A DNA stretch of 64,000 bases from Bacilli bacterium (GTDB lineage Bacteria > Bacillota_I > Bacilli_A > ML615J-28 > CAG-698): positions 6,648-70,647 of the forward strand of contig JBFXJT010000007.1 in NCBI GenBank assembly GCA_050174575.1. Direction: 5' to 3'. The notes beneath the pieces were generated by a model. That model had not been told where the DNA came from. It saw only the letters and a program-made list of their open reading frames with translations, and ran no database searches. The position numbers and the translations under genes are program-made. Shown here one piece after another: positions 19,304 through 28,757 of this stretch. Numbering within the stretch: position 1 is the stretch's first letter; each line of letters begins with the position of its first letter.

Positions 19304-20127
19304 ATTTTCTTCTCCATTCTTAATATTTTTCTAGTTTCTTCGGGATTGGCAATTTCCCGATTGTATTTTTTTGCAATTTGAACGACTTTCGCTACTAAAG
19401 CGGCATTCGATGGAGCTAATACTCCTTTGTCAATGTAAATATTGTCTTCTAAACCAACGCGAACATGACCACCATGCATAATGGAAAGTTCTGCAAGGGA
19501 AAATTCAAAACGACCGATTCCGGCAACACTATATGTCGCATCATTTGGAATGCTGTCCTTTAAAAACAGAAAATCCCGTTCTTCTCCAGTCATTCCACCG
19601 TTAACTCCTAAAACAAAACTAAAATGGTAGGGTGGATTAATAAAGCCTTTTTTCGCAAGTCTTTGTATCATATCAATATGACCTTTTTCAAAGCATTCAA
19701 GTTCTTTATAAATATGACGACTTTCCAAAACATTGGCAAAATACTTAATATCGTTTTCTGTATTAACAAAAATATCATCACCACCAAAGTTTAATGTTCC
19801 ACAATCAAGCGTCGCCATTTCAGGATTTAGAGTAACCGGACCTAAACGCTCATCACGGCTCATGCCAACGGCTCCTCCAGTTGATACTTGAACGATGACA
19901 TCGGGACATTTAGCTTTGATTGCTGTAATGATTTCTTTAAAACGTTTGGCATCTTGCGTCGGCGTTCCATCATCAAAACGGGCATGCAAGTGAATGATTG
20001 ATGCTTTCGCCAAATAAGCCTGATAAGCACTTTCAGCCATCTCTGAAACAGTATAGGGAACATTGGGATTATGGTCTTTAGTAACTTCCGCACCAGAAAT
20101 AGCACAAGTAATGATTAATTTTTCCAT
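19300..20127 (-). CDS. kce: 3-keto-5-aminohexanoate cleavage enzyme (BKACE/DUF849)
   Basis: ~275 aa TIM-barrel DUF849-type protein. The likely start is the internal [14 protein letters not shown]. Sits between kal and kdd. Confidence 0.7.
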   Translation of the reverse strand: MEKLIITCAISGAEVTKDHNPNVPYTVSEMAESAYQAYLAKASIIHLHARFDDGTPTQDAKRFKEIITAIKAKCPDVIVQVSTGGAVGMSRDERLGPVTLNPEMATLDCGTLNFGGDDIFVNTENDIKYFANVLESRHIYKELECFEKGHIDMIQRLAKKGFINPPYHFSFVLGVNGGMTGEERDFLFLKDSIPNDATYSVAGIGRFEFSLAELSIMHGGHVRVGLEDNIYIDKGVLAPSNAALVAKVVQIAKKYNREIANPEETRKILRMEKKI

Positions 20128-20507
20128 GTTTTCCTCTGAAGAGCTTTTGGTACAACACAAGTACCCTTTGCAGAAGCAACCAAAATTGGTTCATCTAAAA
20201 AATCAGCTGCTGAAGGAACAATATTTGGTTTAGCTTCGATTACTTTGTAACATGCAAAAGTCATTTTTCTTGAAGTGTTTCCCACTTCAACAATTTCACC
20301 ATGCACTTCCAAAAAGTCACCAGCATAAACCGGAGCCAAAAAATCTACTTGCTCGTAAGCCCGAAATAATCCTTCATCTCCATCATGGCGAATGAGCAAT
20401 TCTGTCGCAACATCGCCAAATAAAGCTAAGATTCGAGCTCCATCCACAAGATTTCCTCCATAATGGGCATCGCTTAAGGACATTCGTAAACGGATTATTG
20501 TTTTCAT
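20115..20507 (-). CDS. kal: 3-aminobutyryl-CoA ammonia-lyase
   Basis: 130 aa hot-dog-fold protein of the size characteristic of Kal, between the CoA-transferase genes and kce. Confidence 0.65.
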   Translation of the reverse strand: MKTIIRLRMSLSDAHYGGNLVDGARILALFGDVATELLIRHDGDEGLFRAYEQVDFLAPVYAGDFLEVHGEIVEVGNTSRKMTFACYKVIEAKPNIVPSAADFLDEPILVASAKGTCVVPKALQRKTWKN

Positions 20508-21151
20508 ATTGAAACTCCTTTCATTGGCAATACTTGATCAATAATTAAAGTTGCTTCAGTTACAGCGACAACTTCATCAATCGAATAATTAGGATGAACT
20601 TCTAATAGATGTAACCCATCGTCACGAACCTCCATAACGGCCATTTCTGTAACGATTAAGTTAGCTTGTTTATAAGCAGTAAGTGGTAAAACACAACGTT
20701 TTAATATTTTTGATTTTCCATTATTTGTATGTTGCATCGCAATAATAACCTTTTTAGCACCAACAACCAAATCCATGGCACCACCCATTCCCGGAACTTT
20801 CTTTCCTGGAATAATCCATGAAGCAAGGCTACCTTCTTCATCAACTTCAAGAGCACCTAGGACAGTGACATCAACATGACCACCACGAATAAACATAAAG
20901 GAAGTTGCAGAATCAATAAACGATCCTCCCGGCATAATCGTTGCTTTCATTCCTCCGGCATTAACGATATCACTTTGTTCTTCTGTTAATGGGCCAATAC
21001 CAATTATTCCATTTTCTGATTGTAAAATGACATGTTTGGTCGGAGGAATAAAATTTGCCACTAAAGTAGGAGTACCAATACCCAAATTGACAATATCGCC
21101 ATCTTTAAGTTCTAAAGCTATTCGACTAGCAATAATAAACTTTTCGTCCAT
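20504..21151 (-). CDS. atoA: CoA-transferase subunit B (acetoacetate:butyrate/acetate CoA-transferase)
   Basis: 215 aa 3-oxoacid CoA-transferase beta-subunit-like protein. Overlaps both neighbouring genes. Confidence 0.8.
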   Translation of the reverse strand: MDEKFIIASRIALELKDGDIVNLGIGTPTLVANFIPPTKHVILQSENGIIGIGPLTEEQSDIVNAGGMKATIMPGGSFIDSATSFMFIRGGHVDVTVLGALEVDEEGSLASWIIPGKKVPGMGGAMDLVVGAKKVIIAMQHTNNGKSKILKRCVLPLTAYKQANLIVTEMAVMEVRDDGLHLLEVHPNYSIDEVVAVTEATLIIDQVLPMKGVSI

Positions 21152-21798
21152 TATTCCACCTCCATAACGATGTAATCAACTAACGGAAAAGGTGTAATGA
21201 CTGCTTCAGGATCTATTTCTTCAAGTTTTTGCTGGCATACAGCAATCACTAATGATGCAGCTGTAGCCATGATTGGATTAAAATTACGCATTGTTTTGCG
21301 ATATGCAAGATTTCCATATCGATCGCAAATCGCTCCACCAATTAAAGCTAAGTCAGCAAATAACGGTTCTTCTAGCAAATAATCAATCCCTTGAACCTGG
21401 ATTACTCTTTTCCCTTCTTGAACAATTGTTTTTAGTCCAGTTGGGGTCAAAACACCACCTAGTCCCGCACCTGCAGCACGGATTTGTTCGACCAATGTCC
21501 CTTGAGGAACTAAAACAACTTCTAGTTTACCTTCTTGCATCAACTTCCCGACAGTTGGATTTGTTCCAATATGGGATGCAATCAATTTTTTAACCCGATT
21601 AGCAACAATCAATTTTCCAACTCCTCGGTCTTCAAATCCTCCGTCATTACAAATGATTGTAAAATCGGTAAAACTTGTTTCTAAAATTAAATCAATTAAG
21701 TAATCAGGACTTCCGTTTGCTAAAAAACCACCAACCATAATCGTCATGCCGGATTTAAGGTGACTTTTAAAATTTTCCTTACAAATAAAACCTCGCAT
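21151..21798 (-). CDS. atoD: CoA-transferase subunit A
   Basis: 215 aa 3-oxoacid CoA-transferase alpha-subunit-like protein (GGF..NGSP...). Confidence 0.8.
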   Translation of the reverse strand: MRGFICKENFKSHLKSGMTIMVGGFLANGSPDYLIDLILETSFTDFTIICNDGGFEDRGVGKLIVANRVKKLIASHIGTNPTVGKLMQEGKLEVVLVPQGTLVEQIRAAGAGLGGVLTPTGLKTIVQEGKRVIQVQGIDYLLEEPLFADLALIGGAICDRYGNLAYRKTMRNFNPIMATAASLVIAVCQQKLEEIDPEAVITPFPLVDYIVMEVE

Positions 21799-21807
21799 AT
21801 TTCCTCC

Positions 21808-22224
21808 TTACTTAGGGGGCATAATAGTCGCTTCACCGACTATCACCACTTCGTTTTTGTCGTTTTTTGCAACGCAATCAAAAACAACACGATTTTTTTC
21901 CATAATGATTTCTTTTACAGTCACAAAAGCCGTTATTGTATCATTCAAATAAACTGGCTTAATAAACTTTAAACTTTGGAAAGTATAGATACTTCCTAAA
22001 CCAGGTAATTCAGTACCTAAGATGGCACTAAAAAGAGAGCCAACAAGCATACCATGAACTATCCTCGTTTTAAAAATCGTTGTTTTTGCATAATCTTCAT
22101 TTACATGAGCGGGGTTAAAGTCACCAGAAACTGAGGCAAAATTGTTAACATCAGTTTCTGTAAAACTCTTTGTTATTGAACTTGTTTGTCCAATAAACAA
22201 TTCGTTAATTGTCAATTTTTTCAA
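21808..22224 (-). CDS. MaoC-like (R)-specific enoyl-CoA hydratase / hot-dog protein, first gene of the lysine operon
   Basis: The MaoC dehydratase domain begins at KKLTINELFIGQ. The probable start is TTG (complement of 22222-22224), 8 nt after RBS AAAGGAG. The longer ATG-extended ORF would run through the terminator hairpin and riboswitch. Confidence 0.6.
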   Translation of the reverse strand: MKKLTINELFIGQTSSITKSFTETDVNNFASVSGDFNPAHVNEDYAKTTIFKTRIVHGMLVGSLFSAILGTELPGLGSIYTFQSLKFIKPVYLNDTITAFVTVKEIIMEKNRVVFDCVAKNDKNEVVIVGEATIMPPK

Positions 22225-22241
22225 GAAATAACTCCTTTCAT

Positions 22242-22273
22242 AAAAAAAGCTGTTGTCTTTTAAAGACAACAGC
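22242..22273 (-). terminator. Riboswitch expression-platform terminator
   Basis: GCUGUUGUCUU-uua-AAGACAACAGC followed by UUUUUUU, immediately upstream of the RBS of the first operon gene. Confidence 0.8.
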
Positions 22274-22435
22274 GCTCCATTTCCCAAATGGCAGTGGATA
22301 AGGCATTCCTTGTCCACCAAGACTTTAATGAATGAACTCATTAAATCTTTCGGCGATATTTCCCTTTATTTGTCACATTGGGAGTTCATTCCCTTAGCAT
22401 TGACAAATTACCCTAAATAACGCACCTCTGTGTAT
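22262..22435 (-). promoter_or_regulatory. Lysine riboswitch (L-box) aptamer in the 5' leader of the lysine-fermentation operon
   Basis: Leader begins ACAGAGGUGCG (L-box AGAGGUGCG) and contains AAAGGGAAAUAUCGCCGAAAG (L-box GGGGAGCGUCGCCGAAG), the UUUGUCA...UGACAAA helix, CCAUUUGGGAAAUGG and the 3' GGAGCGCUGU (L-box GGAG(G/C)GCUAUC). About 170 nt, matching the length and order of the B. subtilis lysC element. Confidence 0.75.
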
Positions 22436-22446
22436 TAACTAATACT

Positions 22447-22475
22447 ATTATACCGAAACAAAAATGGCTTGTCAA
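22447..22475 (-). promoter_or_regulatory. Consensus sigma70 promoter of the lysine-fermentation operon
   Basis: Minus strand TTGACA (22470-22475), a 17-nt spacer, then TATAAT (22447-22452). The transcript start is predicted ~10 nt upstream of the aptamer. Confidence 0.8.
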
Positions 22476-22492
22476 GAGCCACAAAGTTAAAC

Positions 22493-22516
22493 AAAAAAAC
22501 ACTCCAATTGGAGTGC
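22493..22516 (-). terminator. Rho-independent terminator of the speD-speE-GGDEF operon
   Basis: CACUCC-aauu-GGAGUG followed by UUUUUUU, directly after the stop at 22517. Confidence 0.75.
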
Positions 22517-24157
22517 TTAATCGTTTTGTTTGGTAAGATAGAAATATTTAGTATCCGCTTCAGCCATATGACCAACAATAAAATTATCTACTAAAAACGA
22601 TGCTAAAACGATACTTTTTATTTCACCATTTTGATATTTCTTTTTCATATCATTTGCTTTTAAAATAATGTCGCGATGCAGAGCACAATGTTCATCATAA
22701 TTAGGATAATCTAAATTATACATTACTTTTTCTTCAAAATAAAAATGTTGAGAAATGTGTTTGATGATTTTTTCAATTTGATTGATAATTTTTTCATAGG
22801 GAACATTTGTTTGAAACATAAAAATTAAGTTGTTTCCCAATTCAATAATCTCTCGATGTTGATTATCTATATCAACATTGCCACTACTCCATTCATTATG
22901 CCATTCAAAATACGGTGAAGTTGATAAAGATTCCATGGAGAGGCTCTCTGAAGAGCTTGCCACACGGTTACGTCCCTGTTCTTTTGCACAGTACATTGCA
23001 TCATCCGTACGTTTATACCAACTTCTTAATGACTCGTTAGGAATCATTTGGGCAACACCAAAACTTGCCGTTAATTTGGAAATAATGGGAAACCTGAAAC
23101 CTGCAACAGCAATTCGAATTTTATCAGCAACTTTTACAGCATCTTCCACTTTTGTATCTGGCAATACGATAACAAATTCTTCGCCTCCAAGACGAGACAA
23201 ATAGTCTGTTTTTCTAATTGATGATTTTAACAGTTGGGAAAAACTTACTAAAATATCATCACCAACAGGATGGCCCCAAGTATCATTTACAAATTTAAAA
23301 TGATCAATATCAGCAATAATCATTGATAAAGGCAAAGCTGTATTGTTGGCTTTTTCCATTGTTTCATTAGTAATTTTATGAAAGAAGTGACGATTGTAAA
23401 GTCCGGTAAGGTTATCAATTGTCATTTCAAATTCAAGACGGTTAGCTAATTCTACTGTTTTAGTGATATCGCGTGCAGACGCATAAATAAATCTTCCAAA
23501 TTGTTTTGCCCGCCACTCTAAAAAATGATATTGTCCATTTTTATCTTTATAACGATTAACAAAATTATTAATTTCTTCACCCTTAAGTAAATTTTTCATC
23601 ACTTCTCTTGTAGAAGAAATATCTTCCTCATGCATAAATTCAAAAAAAGTACGGGTTGTTAAATCAGCAAAGTTGGCTCCAACTAGGTTTTCAAAATAAT
23701 CATTTGTTTTAATAAAATGACCATCCATATCTGAGACCACTAAAAGGTCAAGGTTAACATCGATTAATCCTTTTAATAATTCCTCTTCTTTCATGGTTTT
23801 AGTGATATCTTCATAAAAGCAACCAAAGTGATGACAATCAATGGGAAAGATGGTTGCTTTAACCCATGAATGATTAATAGGTAAAAAGCAATTGCATGTT
23901 TTAACCTCTTTTTGATTTACTGCTTTCCTAAAGTTTTGATACCATTCATTGTTAAAATGATTATTAACATTTGCTGTTGATAAATAACTTTTTCCTATTA
24001 ATGCTTCTTTTGGAAGTGGAATAAACCGTTCAAACGCTTCGTTTACTCCGGAAAAATAGTAGTCAACAGGTTCTTGTTTTTCGTTAAAGATAATTTCATG
24101 AAAAGAACAAGGAATAGGAGATTCTTTAAAAAAGTCTAAAAAATTACAGTTATTCAT
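22517..24157 (-). CDS. Sensory diguanylate cyclase: PAS - GGDEF - C-terminal hemerythrin-like domain
   Basis: GGDEF core (RLGGEEF, active-site type) and an N-terminal PAS-like region. The C-terminal ~130 aa carry hemerythrin-type H/E/D ligands (HREIIELGN..., HCALHRDI..., GHMAEAD). It lies 11 nt downstream of speE. Confidence 0.75.
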   Translation of the reverse strand: MNNCNFLDFFKESPIPCSFHEIIFNEKQEPVDYYFSGVNEAFERFIPLPKEALIGKSYLSTANVNNHFNNEWYQNFRKAVNQKEVKTCNCFLPINHSWVKATIFPIDCHHFGCFYEDITKTMKEEELLKGLIDVNLDLLVVSDMDGHFIKTNDYFENLVGANFADLTTRTFFEFMHEEDISSTREVMKNLLKGEEINNFVNRYKDKNGQYHFLEWRAKQFGRFIYASARDITKTVELANRLEFEMTIDNLTGLYNRHFFHKITNETMEKANNTALPLSMIIADIDHFKFVNDTWGHPVGDDILVSFSQLLKSSIRKTDYLSRLGGEEFVIVLPDTKVEDAVKVADKIRIAVAGFRFPIISKLTASFGVAQMIPNESLRSWYKRTDDAMYCAKEQGRNRVASSSESLSMESLSTSPYFEWHNEWSSGNVDIDNQHREIIELGNNLIFMFQTNVPYEKIINQIEKIIKHISQHFYFEEKVMYNLDYPNYDEHCALHRDIILKANDMKKKYQNGEIKSIVLASFLVDNFIVGHMAEADTKYFYLTKQND

Positions 24158-24168
24158 ACTTTGCCCCT

Positions 24169-25011
24169 CTATTTACTTAGTATTTGTTTGACATAATTAG
24201 GCAATACCAAGGAAGCTTGGTGAATAGAAAAATTATAATACTTTAAATTTAATGAGTCAATAAAGGATTGACTTCCCTTAATAATCTGAGGATTTTCTGT
24301 ATTAGAAGCAAATCCAAACAACCAATGGCCGCTTGGATAAGTGGGGATGAATGCTTGGTATACTGTTGCTGTGTGAAAAATCTCTCTAAGTTTTTCATGT
24401 GCTCGTAACATTTCTTGGCGCGTTTTTTCAAAGTAGGGACTTTCGTGCTGATTAACAAGAATTCCATTCGGCTTTAAAATGTTAGCACAATTTTTGTAAA
24501 ATTCACGGCTGAACAATCCTTCGCCTGGTCCTATGGGATCAGTCGAATCGATTACAATTAAATCATAAGTCTCGTGTGTTTGCTTAACAAATGCACTTCC
24601 ATCTGTAAATATTAATTTTACTCGAGGATCCGTTAATTTTGCTGCTGTTTGTGGCAGCAGCTCTTGGCATTTACGAACAACTATTTCATCAATTTCCACC
24701 ATAGTAATGGACTTGATAGTTGGGTATTTGCATAATTCTCGGACTGAACCACCATCACCACCACCAATCACCAATACATTGGAAATGGATGGGTTAACTG
24801 ACAAAGGAAAATGAATCATCATTTCATGATAAATAAATTCGTCTTTTTCGTTGGCCATCATGATGTCATCAAGAGTAAAAAAACGCCCCAATTCATAAGA
24901 ATCATAAAAATCTATTTTTTGGAAGGGGGTCTTTTGAGAAAATAAATGCTCTTTTATTTTTATCGAAAACTGAATATTATCCGTCCAGTATTCACTAAAC
25001 CATTTATCCAT
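24169..25011 (-). CDS. speE: Spermidine synthase (polyamine aminopropyltransferase)
   Basis: 280 aa with VLVIGGGDGGSVRELCKYP, the SpeE signature region. Confidence 0.9.
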   Translation of the reverse strand: MDKWFSEYWTDNIQFSIKIKEHLFSQKTPFQKIDFYDSYELGRFFTLDDIMMANEKDEFIYHEMMIHFPLSVNPSISNVLVIGGGDGGSVRELCKYPTIKSITMVEIDEIVVRKCQELLPQTAAKLTDPRVKLIFTDGSAFVKQTHETYDLIVIDSTDPIGPGEGLFSREFYKNCANILKPNGILVNQHESPYFEKTRQEMLRAHEKLREIFHTATVYQAFIPTYPSGHWLFGFASNTENPQIIKGSQSFIDSLNLKYYNFSIHQASLVLPNYVKQILSK

Positions 25012-25814
25012 TATTTCTCCAACTTCATTCGCGGAATATTCATTCCATAAAATATTTCTGCCATTTCAGCGTTAATTTCTTGTCTGATTTTCGCAACTTC
25101 TTCTTCTGTCAAATCCGTACTTTTGATATTGAATAAATAATTATCTAATATAAGGGTATTTAGCATCATTTTTGTGTGAAAAATATTGGTATAAGCCAAA
25201 TTCACATCGTAAGTTGTATACTTTGATAAAACCTCATCGGGGATAAAGTCTTGAATAGAATCAATGTCATGATCAAGGAAATGCTTTTCACCGTTTAAAT
25301 CTCTAGTAAACCCACGAATGCGATAATCAATTGTAATTATATCCGAGTCAAATTGATTAATTAAGTAATTTAATGTTTTTAATGGAGAAATTTCTCCACA
25401 TGTGGAAACATCAATATCAACTCGAAAAGTACTGATGGGACTGCCGGGATAACTTTCAGGATATGTATGAACAGTCAAATGACTTTTATCTAAATGGCCA
25501 ACAACGGATTCTTTTGCGGGAATTTCGACTTGTTCGTTTTTCCCATGATACTCGGAAATTAAAACAGTAACGCTTGCCCCTTGGGGTTCATAATCTTGGG
25601 TCGCTACGTTTAAAATCTTCGCATCAATCATTTTAGTAACTTCGGTTAAAATCTTTTTTAAGCGGGTACTATTGTACTGCTCATTGATATATTCAATATA
25701 AGCTTTTCTTTCAAGGTCATCTCTAGTATAGCAAATATCATATATATTAAAACTCAATGTTTTTGTAAGATTGTTAAAACCATAAAGTTTTATTGGATGA
25801 CGTTTTCTTACCAT
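25011..25814 (-). CDS. speD: S-adenosylmethionine decarboxylase proenzyme (E. coli SpeD type)
   Basis: 267 aa with HLDKSHLTVHTYPE, the self-processing/pyruvoyl region of class 1B AdoMetDC. Confidence 0.85.
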   Translation of the reverse strand: MVRKRHPIKLYGFNNLTKTLSFNIYDICYTRDDLERKAYIEYINEQYNSTRLKKILTEVTKMIDAKILNVATQDYEPQGASVTVLISEYHGKNEQVEIPAKESVVGHLDKSHLTVHTYPESYPGSPISTFRVDIDVSTCGEISPLKTLNYLINQFDSDIITIDYRIRGFTRDLNGEKHFLDHDIDSIQDFIPDEVLSKYTTYDVNLAYTNIFHTKMMLNTLILDNYLFNIKSTDLTEEEVAKIRQEINAEMAEIFYGMNIPRMKLEK

Positions 25815-25864
25815 TTTTGGGCCTCCTAAAAAAGAAAAGTAATTTTCTACAATTTACTTATCAT

Positions 25865-25893
25865 ATTATAATATAGTTGTCTCCTTTTTTCAA
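25865..25893 (-). promoter_or_regulatory. Sigma70 promoter of speD
   Basis: Minus strand TTGAAA (25888-25893), a 17-nt spacer, then TATAAT (25865-25870). RBS UUAGGAGG lies before the ATG. Confidence 0.6.
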
Positions 25894-25998
25894 CATTAAT
25901 AATCAGGAATCTATTTATTAATTTTTATGATCAAAATTTAATTTCTCAAATCATTTATAAAAGAACGTTTTTTCTTTCTTTAATTTTATATGTTTTTT

Positions 25999-26007
25999 TG
26001 CTATAAT
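25999..26007 (+). promoter_or_regulatory. Extended -10 promoter element (TGcTATAAT) for the S8 protease gene
   Basis: TGCTATAAT lies ~65 nt upstream of the ATG; RBS AAGGAGAAG; no good -35. Confidence 0.45.
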
Positions 26008-26072
26008 AAATTAAGAAAAACTGGCAAAAGCTATTTTAAAATTGTTATATAAATATAGAAAGGAGAAGAAAC

Positions 26073-28757
26073 ATGAGGCAATCAATAAAACTTATTTTTA
26101 TCCTTAATTTGTTTTTTATCCTTGCTTTGGGAGCAATCTATCCAAACCCTTCTTCGAAAAATTACGAAATCAATTCATCTAATAATCTCCACCTTTTAAT
26201 GGAAATTGATGAAAATGAGGCAAATGAAATTGCAAAAACATATAATCTAGATTTTCTTGATTATTCAAATTATGGTTATGCTACTTTCGTTGCCCAAGAT
26301 GATGAACAATATAAATCATTACTAAATGATACCGATCTATCCTTTATTCCTAATAACCTGTCTATTACTGATGCTAGACCACCAATAAATCAGGAAGACT
26401 TAACAAAATTATATGCTTTATCCTTAATTGATACCTATGATGCTTGGCAATTGACAATGGGAAGCAGTAGTGTTTTAGTGGCTATCATCGATACTGGAAT
26501 AGATATTTATCATAGTGAATTTACAGGGAAGATTTCTTCACTATCTTACAATTCGAAAACAAAGACAGTCGGTTTAACACAAGTCATTGATGATCAAGGT
26601 CATGGAACAATGGTAGCTGGTGTAATCGCCGCAACAAAAGGCAATAACATTGGGATTGCTGGTGTTGCACCTTCCTCTTCATTATTGGTTATCAAAGCAA
26701 ATGAGCCAAACGAAGGATCTTTTCTTGATAGTTCCGTCATTGAAGGTATTTATTATGCTGCTGACCATGGTGCTGATGTCATTAACATGAGTTTAGGAAG
26801 TCCTTATGCCAACCCATTAACAAAGACAGCATTAGAATATGCACGAAGTAAAGGCGCACTCATTGTTGCTGCTGCTGGTAATGATAGTGTTAGTACCCCT
26901 TACTATCCTGCAAGTTTTGACACAACAATTTCTGTATCTGCTGTTGATCAAACACAATTATTAGCCACGTATTCAAATTTCGGTTCAAATATTAGTGTTG
27001 CCGCTCCTGGAACAAACATTTATACAACAGTTAAAGGAAATACCTACGGCTATGGGTCCGGTACTTCTTTGGCTGCCCCACAAGTATCGGGTGTTTTAGC
27101 TTTAATGCTTGCATATTTAAATATGTCCGATGAGGAAATTTTGTCAAGAATTTTACTAACAGCAACTGATTTGGGAAATTTAGGCAAAGATGATTCATAT
27201 GGTTATGGACTTGTTAATAGTTATGATGCCTTAGTTCATCCTTTAGTTACCGTTTCGTTTGAAACTTTCGGTGGAACAGTTCTAGAGCCAATTCAAGTAG
27301 CGGCTAATCGTCCATTTATATGCACTCAAATTCCTGAAAAAGAATTATCCATTTTCGAAGGATGGTACAAGGATAGTTTATTGATGACACCTTGGGTTAT
27401 GGGAACAAGTGTAACCAGCACAAATATTACTTTGTATGCGAAATATACTAAAAGTTCATATTTAGTGTCTTTTGTAACATCTGGTTCTTATGTAGAAGAT
27501 ATGATTGTCGCAGCAAATGGTTCTTTTACCCTTCCAACTACATCCCTTGATCAATATCAATTTATTGGATGGTTTTTAGACAGTCAATATTTAGAACCAT
27601 ATGTTTCTGGACCAGTTACCGCAGATTTGACGCTGTATGCAAAATTTGAAAAACTTGATACTTATTATAATATTTTCTTTGTAACACAGGGATCGGCGAT
27701 TGATCCGATTCAAGTAAAAGAAGGCGAATCTGTTTCACCACCACCTTCCTTGTTAACTGGTTATACTTTTCATGGATGGTATTTAGACAGTAATTATTCC
27801 ATTCCCTATCAAAATGAACCTGTTACTTCATCGATGACACTGTATGCTTTGTTTGATATCAATGATTATGATATTTCCTATTTTATTGATAACGAACTTT
27901 ATGATACCATCACTTTGCCGTATAATAGTGAAATTCCTAATCTTGAACCTGCCAAAGAAGGATATACTTTTAGTGGTTGGTATTTAGATGATAGTTTCAC
28001 AACCCCACTTGATGATGGTGGTTTAGAAAACAATCTGTCCTTATTTGGTTTTTTCACAATCCAAACATTTGAAGTAATTTACTTAGTAGATGATACAATC
28101 ATCAGTCAACAAACCGTCAATTATGGGGAAAATGCTACTCCGCCTTCATCTTATACAAAACCAGATTCAATAAGCTTTTTCTATGAATTTATCGGTTGGA
28201 GTGAAGAAGCATTAAACGTTACCTCTAATTTAACAATAATAGCAATATTTAATAAAACATTCAAACCAACAAGCATTGCTTTACAACCGGGAATTGATAC
28301 AATCTATCAAAATGAAGAATGGATTGATGCCGGGTTAATCATTTCTAATTCAAATATTACTTATACAACTCAAAGTCAAGTCGATACTCATTTTATTGGT
28401 CGTTACCTTGTTTTATACTTTATATATGAAGAAGCAAATTTGGTGTACGAAAAAACAAGAGTGGTATCTGTTATAGAAAAACCACCTGTTGTCCAAATAA
28501 CTCTTAATGATGATGTAACAACAATTTTTGAAGGAAATGAATACCTAGATGCCGGAGCAAATACAAATGTTGGAACAATTACAACAAAAGGAACCGTAGA
28601 TTACAATCAGGAAGGCACTTATGTAATTGTTTATGAAGTTGTTGTCCAAAATATTACCTATCAAAAACATAAATATGTCTATGTTGTGAAAGAAGTTGAA
28701 CCAACTTCAACCGTAGCTTTTATTGTAAACGATAAAAAAAGGTGGTATGAAGTATGA
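26073..28757 (+). CDS. Secreted subtilisin-like serine protease (S8) with Listeria-Bacteroides repeat (Flg_new) and DUF5011 Ig-like C-terminal domains
   Basis: Signal peptide present. Catalytic triad contexts VAIIDTGID / HGTMVAG / GTSLAAPQVSG. Four G-W-Y/F-x-D repeats (FEGWYKDS, FIGWFLDS, FHGWYLDS, FSGWYLDD). Two C-terminal DUF5011-like modules. Confidence 0.85.
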   Translation: MRQSIKLIFILNLFFILALGAIYPNPSSKNYEINSSNNLHLLMEIDENEANEIAKTYNLDFLDYSNYGYATFVAQDDEQYKSLLNDTDLSFIPNNLSITDARPPINQEDLTKLYALSLIDTYDAWQLTMGSSSVLVAIIDTGIDIYHSEFTGKISSLSYNSKTKTVGLTQVIDDQGHGTMVAGVIAATKGNNIGIAGVAPSSSLLVIKANEPNEGSFLDSSVIEGIYYAADHGADVINMSLGSPYANPLTKTALEYARSKGALIVAAAGNDSVSTPYYPASFDTTISVSAVDQTQLLATYSNFGSNISVAAPGTNIYTTVKGNTYGYGSGTSLAAPQVSGVLALMLAYLNMSDEEILSRILLTATDLGNLGKDDSYGYGLVNSYDALVHPLVTVSFETFGGTVLEPIQVAANRPFICTQIPEKELSIFEGWYKDSLLMTPWVMGTSVTSTNITLYAKYTKSSYLVSFVTSGSYVEDMIVAANGSFTLPTTSLDQYQFIGWFLDSQYLEPYVSGPVTADLTLYAKFEKLDTYYNIFFVTQGSAIDPIQVKEGESVSPPPSLLTGYTFHGWYLDSNYSIPYQNEPVTSSMTLYALFDINDYDISYFIDNELYDTITLPYNSEIPNLEPAKEGYTFSGWYLDDSFTTPLDDGGLENNLSLFGFFTIQTFEVIYLVDDTIISQQTVNYGENATPPSSYTKPDSISFFYEFIGWSEEALNVTSNLTIIAIFNKTFKPTSIALQPGIDTIYQNEEWIDAGLIISNSNITYTTQSQVDTHFIGRYLVLYFIYEEANLVYEKTRVVSVIEKPPVVQITLNDDVTTIFEGNEYLDAGANTNVGTITTKGTVDYNQEGTYVIVYEVVVQNITYQKHKYVYVVKEVEPTSTVAFIVNDKKRWYEV

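Noticed and set aside
22224-22341. ATG-initiated N-terminal extension of the MaoC ORF (177-aa version)
   Set aside because: The extension would be translated through the riboswitch terminator hairpin and U-tract and contains no conserved residues. TTG with a good RBS just downstream gives a clean 139-aa MaoC domain.
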